The notes beneath the pieces were generated by a model that saw only the letters and a program-made list of their open reading frames with translations, was not told where the DNA came from and did not search any database. Shown here one piece after another: positions 55,225-63,628 of a stretch of DNA of 64,000 bases. Numbering within the stretch: the stretch's first letter is position 1; each line of letters starts with the position of its first letter. A program made the position numbers and the translations under genes. Source of the DNA: Candidatus Dormiibacterota bacterium (GTDB lineage: Bacteria > Chloroflexota > Dormibacteria > Aeolococcales > Aeolococcaceae); the NCBI GenBank assembly GCA_963708605.1, contig CAVPTG010000004.1, forward strand, positions 250,900-314,899. Reading direction: 5' to 3'.

Positions 55225-55440
55225 AGCTTCGGCGGTCCATGCAGACCGCGGCGCACAGGGCCTCGTCCAGAAGGTGCAGTGGCGAGGCCCTGTCCGTGTC
55301 TTCAGGAATTGGTGGAGACGCGTGATCCCGCCGTCCGGGATTGGAGCCGCAACTGCCTCCGAAAGGGCGCCAGACCTCTCAATGACAACCAACATGTTGT
55401 GGCATACTGGGCCGGCGAACCCAGCATCTTGCGGTTTTGC
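55225..55440 (+). ncRNA. Unassigned structured RNA candidate (independent ncRNA or ftsA leader)
   Basis: At least 7 stems, several with G-U pairs that work only on the plus strand; a promoter directly upstream; no convincing ORF; no family recognised. Confidence 0.5.
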
Positions 55441-55495
55441 GCCTGAAAACCCTTGAACGGCGCACCCGCGACGGCTACACTCGGAGACCTAGACA

Positions 55496-56733
55496 GTAAC
55501 TCGTCCTCGCCGCGTCTTCGCACTCGATCTCGGAACGACCAAAGTCTGCTGCGCTGTCGCAGATCTTGAGAGCACCGGTCTCCGAAGTCTTGGGCGTCGG
55601 CATGGTCGCGTCGCGGGGGGTGCGCAAAGGAGCGGTCGTCGAGATCGACCGGGCCGCGGAGGCCGTCGCCGAGGCCGTGGACATGGCCGAGCAGATGTCG
55701 GGCGTTCCCATCGACTCCGCCGTGGTTGGGATCGCGGGGGGTCACATCACCTCCCAGAACAGCCGGGGCGTCGTCGCCGTGGAAGCCGGTCATCGCGAGG
55801 TCCGCGACCAGGACGTGCACCGGGCCATCGACGCGGCGCGCGCGGTGAGCGTGCCGTCCGAGCGGCGCATCGTGCACGTCCTGCCCCAGCAGTTCACGAT
55901 CGACGGGCAGGAGGGCGTGCGTGACGCCATCGGCATGGCGGGCAATCGAACTCGAGGTCGATGCGCACATCATCACCGGCGCCAACACCGCGATCCAGAA
56001 CGTCGTCAAGGTGGTGCACAAGGCCGGGCTCAGCGTCGACGACATGGTGCTGCAGGTGCTCGCGTCCGCTGAAGCGGTGGTCACCGAGGACGAGATCGAG
56101 CGCGGCGTCGTGGTCGTCGATGTCGGCGGTGGGACCAGCGATATCGCGGTGTTTGCGCGCGGCAGCATCGTGCACACGAGCGTCATCCCGGTCGGTGGCA
56201 ATCACGTGACCGCGGACCTCGCGGTCGGGCTGCGCTGCGACCTCGAGACCGCTGAAACCGTCAAGCGAAACTTCGGTCACTGCCTCCAGTTGACGCTCCC
56301 CGCCGACGCGGAGGTGACCCTGACGCCGATGGGCTATGACGAGCCGGTCGGTGTGCCACAACGCTATCTCGCCGAGATCATCGGTCCGCGCGCTCGGGAG
56401 ATGGCTTCGTTGATCGCCGCGGAGGTCGAGCGCGCCGGCCCGCTCGGGATGTTCCCGGGTGGCATCGTGATCACCGGTGGCGGCGCGCTGCTTCGCGGAT
56501 TTGCCGAGGTGGTGCAGCAGCAGACCAACCTTCCCGCGCGGGTCGCTGCACCGCAGGGATTGCACGGCATGAACGACGAGATCCGCGGCCCGAGCCACGC
56601 CACGGTGGTCGGGCTGCTGCGCTGGGGAGCCCGGAGCAACCTCGGCCGCAAGCCGTCCCGCTCCAACGGAAAGAGCTCGGACGGCCCCGCCGCCGGGATC
56701 AAACTCTCGAGGTGGTTTCGTGACCTCTTTTGA
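55496..56733 (+). CDS. ftsA: Cell division protein FtsA (start reads GTA, probably GTG; two apparent +1 frameshifts at about 55586 and 55950)
   Basis: [60 protein letters not shown]. Length 1238 = 3n+2. Confidence 0.9.
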
Positions 56734-56845
56734 TCATCTGCGCACCCATGGACTCGACCAGCCGGGAGACGCACTGGCACGACGGCGGTCGTCGCCCCAC
56801 TCGCCCCCAAACCGAGAAATGACAACCCAACGCGAGGAGAAAGGC

Positions 56846-57952
56846 ATGGCAGACCTCGACCGGACACTTGACGGCAACGCCCGCATCCGCGTCGTGGGGG
56901 TCGGCGGCGGCGGCAGCAATGCCGTGAACCGCATGATCCGGAGCAACCTCAAAGGCGTTGAGTTCATCGCCATCAACACCGACCACCAGGCGCTCAGCTC
57001 ATCGTCCGCGCATCTCAAGATCCGCATCGGCGGCAAGCTGACGCGCGGACTGGGCGCGGGTGGTGATCCGCAGAAGGGTCAGGACGCGGCCGAGGAGTCC
57101 CGTGACGAGTTGACCAAGGCCCTCGCCGACAGCGACATGGTGTTCATCACGGCGGGGATGGGCGGCGGGACGGGCACCGGCGCTGCACCGATCATCGCGG
57201 AGATCGCGCGTGAGTCGGGTGCGCTGACGATCGGTGTGGTCACCAAGCCGTTCCGCTTTGAGGGTCTGCGCCGCCAGAAGTCGGCCGAGGAGGGAATAGC
57301 GAACCTCCAGGGCAGGGTCGACACGCTGATCACCATCCCGAACGAGCGGCTCATGCAGGTGGTCGACAAGAAGACGCCGATCGGCGACGCATTCAAGGTT
57401 GCCGACGACGTGCTGCGCCAGGGCGTGCAGGGCATCAGCGACCTGATCGTCTTTCCGGGGCTGATCAACCTCGACTTCGCGGACGTCAAGACGATCATGC
57501 AGGGCCAGGGGCAGGCCCTCATGGGCATCGGCTTCGGAAGCGGCGACACGCGCGCCGCGGACGCCGCCAAGGATGCGGTCGCCAGCCCGCTGCTCGAGAC
57601 CACGATCGCCGGAGCCAAGGGGATCCTTCTCAACGTCACCGGCGGCCCGGACCTCACCCTCTACGAGGTGAACGAGGCCGCGCAGCTGGTCAGCGAGTCG
57701 GCCGATGCCGATGCGCAGATCATCTTCGGGACGGTCATTGACGAGCACATGAAGGGCGAGGTGAAGATCACCGTCATCGCCACCGGGTTCACCGGTCAGA
57801 TCGATGTCATCGGCACGCTCAGCTACGAGCCGTCAGCCCGGCCGATGGTCTCCGACCAGCGGCAGCCGGCGTTCAACGTCGGGGGGAAGCCCAGCGGCCC
57901 GTACAGCGTCGACGACCTGGACATCCCGGCGTTTCTGAGGGACCGTCGGTAG
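56846..57952 (+). CDS. ftsZ: Cell division protein FtsZ
   Basis: [29 protein letters not shown]-terminal LDIPAFLR. Confidence 0.98.
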   Translation: MADLDRTLDGNARIRVVGVGGGGSNAVNRMIRSNLKGVEFIAINTDHQALSSSSAHLKIRIGGKLTRGLGAGGDPQKGQDAAEESRDELTKALADSDMVFITAGMGGGTGTGAAPIIAEIARESGALTIGVVTKPFRFEGLRRQKSAEEGIANLQGRVDTLITIPNERLMQVVDKKTPIGDAFKVADDVLRQGVQGISDLIVFPGLINLDFADVKTIMQGQGQALMGIGFGSGDTRAADAAKDAVASPLLETTIAGAKGILLNVTGGPDLTLYEVNEAAQLVSESADADAQIIFGTVIDEHMKGEVKITVIATGFTGQIDVIGTLSYEPSARPMVSDQRQPAFNVGGKPSGPYSVDDLDIPAFLRDRR

Positions 57953-57967
57953 GTTTGGGTCCGGTGG

Positions 57968-57998
57968 AGCTCCGGCCGCGATCGCGCCGGCCGGAGCT
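57968..57998 (+). terminator. GC-rich hairpin after ftsZ (terminator or stability element)
   Basis: AGCTCCGGCC / GGCCGGAGCT 10-bp stem with an internal GCGATCGC; no U-tract. Confidence 0.45.
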
Positions 57999-58025
57999 GC
58001 ATCCCAAGCCACCAGGGGGCAGCAG

Positions 58026-58566
58026 GTGAAGTGCCCGTTCTGCGGCGAGACGGACATCAAAGTCGTCGAACTCGCGCGATTCCGAGACCGGTGAGGCGAT
58101 TCGCCGCCGTCGAGAATGCCTCGGCTGCAGCAAGCGTTTCACCACCTACGAGCGCGTCGAGGTGCCACCGCTCTACGTCCTCAAGAAGGACGGACGGCGC
58201 GAGGAATTCAGCCGCCCCAAGCTGCTGTCTGGCCTGGTGATGGCGTCCAAGAAGACGCGCCTCGCTCCCGCGAACCTGGAGATGATGGTTGCGGAGATCG
58301 AGAACGCCCTCCGCAGTCAGAACATCTCCGAGATCCCGAGCCGTGAGGTCGGCGCCATGGTGATGGCGCGGCTCCGCGACATCGACGAGATCGCGTACAT
58401 TCGATTTGCTTCGGTCTATCGATCGTTCAAGGACGCCCAGGAGATGCGCGCAACCATCGAGGATGTTCTGGCACATCCTCCGGGCACCCGGCCCGATACC
58501 GCCCGCCGCCCGCGGAAGCGGCGCGCCCCGGAAGGCCGCGAGTTGCCACTCGATCTCGGCAAGTAG
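58026..58566 (+). CDS. nrdR: Transcriptional repressor NrdR (one apparent +1 frameshift at about 58070)
   Basis: MKCPFC, V(D)SR, IRRRREC..C..RFTTYER, ATP-cone KKDGRREEF, AYIRFASVYRSF. The frames rejoin on removing one base of GAACTC (58068-58073). Confidence 0.93.
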
Positions 58567-58567
58567 G

Positions 58568-59269
58568 ATGCCGATCGTGGAGGAGGTGCCGGTCGCGGAC
58601 CGGCTGGGAGCGATCCGCGCTCGGATCGACGCAGCCGTTCGGCGCGCCGAGCGGGATCCGGAAGAGGTGCGCCTGATTGCCGTGACCAAGGGCGTGGCCG
58701 CCGCTCGCGTCGACGAGGCGATCGCCGCCGGGGCCGAGGATGTCGGCGAGAACCGCATCCAGGAGGCCGCAGAGAAATACCCTGAGGTGCGCAACGCCGC
58801 GCGCTGGCATCTGATCGGCCACCTCCAGACCAACAAAGCGGGACGCGCGGCGGCGCTCTTCGATTTCGTCCACTCGGTCGACAGCAAGCGCATTGCCAGT
58901 GCGCTCTCGGCACATCGGCCCGCGGGACGTGATCCGATCGGCGTGCTCGTCGAAGTCGAGCTGACCGGCCTGCCGGCGCGTTCCGGCGTCGCGGAGTCCG
59001 ACGTCGAGGCGCTCGTCCAGGAACTCGTCAATGTCCCGTCCATTCACGTGATGGGACTCATGACGATTGCACCCTTCTCGCAGGATCCCGAGGACGCGCG
59101 GGCGACCTTCACCCGCCTCCGGCATGTTCGTGATCATATGGAGCACGTGACCGGGTGGGCGCTTCCGGAGTTGAGCATGGGGATGAGCAACGATTTCGAA
59201 GTCGCCATCGAGGAGGGCGCCACCATGGTGCGCATCGGCCGGGCGATTTTCGGCGAACGCACGGAATAG
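58568..59269 (+). CDS. yggS: PLP homeostasis protein YggS/PLPBP
   Basis: LIAVTK, GENRIQE, WHLIGHLQTNK, HSVD, GLMTI, LSMGMSNDFEVAIEEGATMVRIG. Confidence 0.95.
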   Translation: MPIVEEVPVADRLGAIRARIDAAVRRAERDPEEVRLIAVTKGVAAARVDEAIAAGAEDVGENRIQEAAEKYPEVRNAARWHLIGHLQTNKAGRAAALFDFVHSVDSKRIASALSAHRPAGRDPIGVLVEVELTGLPARSGVAESDVEALVQELVNVPSIHVMGLMTIAPFSQDPEDARATFTRLRHVRDHMEHVTGWALPELSMGMSNDFEVAIEEGATMVRIGRAIFGERTE

Positions 59270-59318
59270 CGGCTCCCGGCAGTTCGGGAGCGAACGATCT
59301 GCCGGTATCCTTGAAGCG

Positions 59319-62217
59319 ATGCCCAGGTATTCGGCCGTCAGCGCGCGCGCGGGTTTCCCCGAGGCGGAGCTCGAGATTCTCCAGCTCTGGCAGCGCACCC
59401 ATGTCTTCGAACGCAGCCTCGAGATGCGTCGCAACGCGCCCCCCTACGTCTTTTACGAGGGGCCACCCACCGCCAACGGCCTCCCCGGTCTGCACCACGT
59501 GCTCGCGCGCTCCTACAAGGACGTCTTCGCACGCTACAAGCAGATGACCGGCTTCTCGGTTGCTCGAAAGGCTGGTTGGGACACTCACGGACTCCCCGTC
59601 GAGCTCGAGGTCGAGCGTGCGCTGAAAATCAGCGGCAAGAAGCAGATCGAGGAGTTCGGCATCGCGGAGTTCAACGCGCGCTGCCGGGCATCGGTGAACG
59701 AGTACATCGACCAGTGGCGGGAGATGAGCGAGCGTCTCGGTTTCTGGCTCGACTTCGACCACCCATATCGAACCTATGACGGCACCTACATGGAGTCGGT
59801 GTGGTGGAGCCTGAAGGAGCTCTGGGACGACGACATGCTCTACCAGGGGTACAAGGTCACTCCGTACTGCCCTCGATGCCAGACAACCCTGTCGTCGCAC
59901 GAGCTGAGCCAGGGATATCGCGAGGACACGCCGGATCCATCCATCTACGTCAAGTTCCGGCTCAACAACTCCGACGGGAAGACGTTCTTCCTCGCCTGGA
60001 CGACCACGCCGTGGACGCTGCCCGGCAACGTGGCGCTGGCAGTGCACTCGCGCAAGCCATACGTCCGGGTTGCGCAGGGCGACGAGTCGTACATCCTCGC
60101 CCGAGAGCGCCTTTCCATCCTTGACGGCGACTACGAGATCGTCGAGGAGATGGATGGATCTGATCTCGTCGACCTGACCTACGAGCCGCTCTTCACCGAC
60201 ATGCTTCCCGAGGGCCTCGCGTTCGTGGTGCTCGACGCCCCCGAGCTGGTGAACATGGACGAGGGCACCGGCATCGTCCACACCGCTGCGGCGTACGGTG
60301 TCGCCGACCTCGAGCTGTGCCAGCGCATGGGGGTCGCGATCCGCCACGTCGTCGGGCTCGACGGCCGTTTCCTCGACGAACAGACGCGATACCGCGGCAT
60401 GTTCGTCAAGGACGCCGATCCGAAGATCATCGAGGACCTGCGCGAGCAGGGGAGCCTCTATCGCGCCGAGACCATCCTGCACACCTATCCGTTCTGCTGG
60501 CGGTGCGAGACGCCGCTGCTGTACTACGCGGTCACGTCCTGGTTCATCCGGACCACCGCGGTGAAAGGCCGTCTGCTCGCGCACAACCGAAGCGTTCGCT
60601 GGCAACCTGCGCACATCCGCGACGGGCGGATGGGCAACTGGCTCGAGAGCCTCATCGACTGGAACCTGTCGCGCAGCCGCTACTGGGGGACGCCACTGCC
60701 GATCTGGGTCTGCGATGCATGTGACGAGAAGTTCTGCGCCGGAAGTGCCGCCGATGTCGGCCTGACGGTGGACGACGACCTGCACCGTCCGTTCATCGAC
60801 GAGGTCACGGTGCCCTGCAAGGCGTGCGCCGGCGTCATGCGGCGCGTCCCCGACGTCATCGACGCCTGGTACGACTCCGGCGCGATGCCCTACGCGCAGA
60901 AGCACTATCCCTTCGAGAACAAGGAGCTGTTCGAGCACACGCACCCCGCCGACTTCATCTGCGAGGGGGTCGATCAGACGCGCGGCTGGTTCTTCTCGCT
61001 GCTCGCCGAGTCGACGCTGCTCTTCGATCTGCCGGCGTACCGGAACTGCGTCGTCGTGGGCACCCTGCAGGACAAGCAGGGCAAGAAGATGTCGAAGTCG
61101 CGGCGCAACACCATCGAGCCGAGCACGATCTTCGACCAGTTCGGCGCCGACGCGGCGCGCTGGTACTTCTACGCACAGGGAGTCGAGAACGCCGAGCTGC
61201 GTGTCAGCCCCACGTCGTTCCAGGACGTCGTGCGCCTGTTCATGCTGACGCTCTGGAACGTCTACTCGTTCTTCGTGACCTACGCGCTCACCGAGGGATA
61301 CGATCCCGCGTCAGCCGCTCCGGCCGTGCTCGAGCGGCCGGTGCTCGATCGCTGGGCTCTCTCCCGGCTCGACGAGACCGTCGTGGCGGTGCGCGAGGCG
61401 ATGGAGCGGTACGACGCCTCGGACGCCGTCCATGCCGTCGAGGGATTCGTTGAGGATCTCTCGAAGTGGTACGTGCGGCGCTCGCGCCGCCGCTTCTGGA
61501 AGAGCGCCGGCACCAGCGATGATGCGCAGGCGGCGTTCGCCACCCTGCAGACGGTACTCCTGACGCTTGCGGGCCTGATCGCGCCGTTCATGCCATTCAT
61601 GGCCGAGCGCATGTACCGCAACCTGACCGGGTTCAACGGCGATCCGCCCGCGGCAGCGGGCGTTCCCGAACTCGGTCCACCTCACCGACTACCCGAAGGT
61701 GGTCGGTGCGTGGCGTGATCCCGACGTGCTGGTGGAGATGAGTCGCCTGCGCAGGCTGGTGGAGGATGGGCTCGCCGCGCGCACCGTCGCCGGCGTGCGG
61801 GTCCGTCAGCCGCTCGCGAGCGCGACCATTGCGAGCGATCCGCTCGCCCCCGAGCTCGAGGCGATCTTCATGGAGGAGCTCAACGTCAAGGGTGTGCGCT
61901 ATGTCGACCCGGCCGGTGAACATGCGTCGGTGGTCTTCGACACCACGATCACCGACGAGCTCCGCCTCGAGTGGCTCGCGCGCGAGGTCAGCCGCAAGGT
62001 GAACGAGCTGCGCAAGCAGGCGGGACTCCGCGTGGAGGATCGCATCACGATCCTCGTGGATGCCGATGGCGATGTGCGGCGCGCGGTCGACGCGCACCGC
62101 GAATGGCTGCAGGCGGAGACTCTCGCGGTCGCGATCGAAGATCGGCGCGACCAGGCACTCGCGGAGTGGCAAGGCGAGCTGGGAGGTGCTCTGTGCTGGC
62201 TGGGAGTACAGCGGTAG
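59319..62217 (+). CDS. ileS: Isoleucyl-tRNA synthetase, type 2, with GxHH motif (one apparent +1 frameshift at about 61670)
   Basis: EGPPTANG, GLHH, GWDTHGLP, WTTTPWTLP, GTGIVH, WNLSRSRYWG, EGVDQTRGWF, KMSKS. The frames rejoin on removing one base of GAACTC (61668-61673). Confidence 0.95.
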
Positions 62218-62258
62218 CGGCCCGCCTGCGCGCTTCGCGGCGACGGATCTACGCCGTG

Positions 62259-62717
62259 ATGCTCGGTACCGCCGCGGTGGTTGCGCTGGTCGACCACGTC
62301 ACCAAGTGGCTGGTCGCCTCGCATCTCTCCGTGGGACAGCAGATATGGACGGGCTCGTTCGTCTCCATCGACCACGTCGAGAACCGCGGCGCCGCCTTCA
62401 GCGTGCTGCCGCAGCTGCATTGGCTCTACCTCGCCGTGGCGCTGATCGTGAGCCTGTACATCGTGCTCTCCGGGTATCGATACGGGACCACGTGGTACCG
62501 GCAGGTGTTGATCGGCATGATTCTGGGCGGCGCCCTGTCCAACGGCGTCGACCGCCTGGTCCAGGGCTCGGTGGTGGATTTCATCGACTTTCACTTCTGG
62601 CCGGTCTTCAACGTCGCGGACAGCTGCATCGTCGTCGCGATCATCCTGCTGCTGGTGCTCAGCTTCGTCCCCTCGTCGCACGCGCCGACCTCGTCGGCGT
62701 CATCGGCGCCGTCGTGA
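62259..62717 (+). CDS. lspA: Lipoprotein signal peptidase II
   Basis: DHVTK, NRGAAF, GGALSNGVDR, VVDFI, FNVAD; start uncertain. Confidence 0.92.
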   Translation: MLGTAAVVALVDHVTKWLVASHLSVGQQIWTGSFVSIDHVENRGAAFSVLPQLHWLYLAVALIVSLYIVLSGYRYGTTWYRQVLIGMILGGALSNGVDRLVQGSVVDFIDFHFWPVFNVADSCIVVAIILLLVLSFVPSSHAPTSSASSAPS

Positions 62718-63628
62718 GCGCGGGCGCCGCGGCGATCGCGTCGCCTCGTCTCGACATGTGGCTCGCAGACTCGCGGCACATCACGCGGCACGCGGCGCGG
62801 ACCCTCATCGACGCCGGCCTGGTGACCGTCGACGGGCGCCCGGGACGGCCCGGGCAGCGGGTTCGCGACACCGCCGACGTCGTGGTCGCGCCGGCAGCGC
62901 CGAGCCCCACCCCGGCGGCGCCGGCCGGCGGCGGGGCGCAAGCGGCGACGCCGCTCTGCATCGTCGATGAGGACGACTGGCTGGCGATCGTCGACAAGCC
63001 ACCGGGCATGGTCGTGCACCCGGCGCCCGGGCATCCGAGCGGAACCCTCGCCGATGCGCTCAAGGATCGAGGCACGACCTGGTCGCTCCTCGGGGGAAGT
63101 GAGCGGGCGGGCATCGTGCACCGCCTCGACCGCGACACCAGCGGGCTCCTGGTGGTGGCCAAGACCGAGGCCGCGCATCGCAGCCTGGCCAAACAGCTCA
63201 GCGATCGCTCGCTCGGGCGGACCTACTGGGCGCTCGTGCACGGTGGCTTTCGCGAGGACACCGGGACCGTCGATGCGCCGATCGCGCGCCATCCGCGCGA
63301 CCGCAGGCGCATGGCGATCGTCGAGGGAGGCCGTGAGGCGATCACCGACTTTCGTGTCGTTGAGCGCCTCAGCGGCGCGTCCGTTCTCGAGGTCTCGCTG
63401 CGGACGGGACGGACCCACCAGATACGTGTCCACCTCGCGTCGATCGGTCATCCGATCGTCGGCGACGGCGTGTATGGACGCCCCGACCCCGATCTTCGGC
63501 GCCCCGCCCTGCACGCGATGCGGCTCCGTCTGCGCCACCCGGGCGACGGGAGGGAGCGGTCCTACGAGTCGCCTGTCCCCGAGGAGCTGATCGCCGCGAC
63601 CGACAGGCTCCGACCGCTGCTCCCGTGA
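62714..63628 (+). CDS. RluA/RluD family pseudouridine synthase with S4-like N-terminus
   Basis: VDKPPGMVVHP, HRLDRDTSG, TGRTHQIRVHLASIGHPIVGD, LHA. Confidence 0.92.
   Translation: MSAGAAAIASPRLDMWLADSRHITRHAARTLIDAGLVTVDGRPGRPGQRVRDTADVVVAPAAPSPTPAAPAGGGAQAATPLCIVDEDDWLAIVDKPPGMVVHPAPGHPSGTLADALKDRGTTWSLLGGSERAGIVHRLDRDTSGLLVVAKTEAAHRSLAKQLSDRSLGRTYWALVHGGFREDTGTVDAPIARHPRDRRRMAIVEGGREAITDFRVVERLSGASVLEVSLRTGRTHQIRVHLASIGHPIVGDGVYGRPDPDLRRPALHAMRLRLRHPGDGRERSYESPVPEELIAATDRLRPLLP

Noticed and set aside
55225-55440. Cobalamin, glycine or glmS riboswitch, SRP RNA, or group II intron domain V
   Set aside because: Only short fragments resemble these (CCGCAACTG, GCGCCAGA, CAGAAGGTGCA, GAGCCG..GAAA). 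The other required conserved blocks and their spacing are absent, so no family was assigned.
55274-55456. 60-aa ORF in the ftsA upstream region
   Set aside because: No SD or leaderless promoter, no recognisable motif, and it overlaps the stems that explain the region better.
6428-62217. recQ, msrB, the DinB-TPR gene, trxB, lon, ftsL, the oxidoreductase, ftsA, nrdR and ileS as pseudogenes or programmed frameshifts
   Set aside because: All lesions are single +1 bases, both halves of each gene keep intact motifs, several genes are essential, there are no slippery heptamers, and the lesions share the GANTC context. Systematic sequencing error is far more economical.
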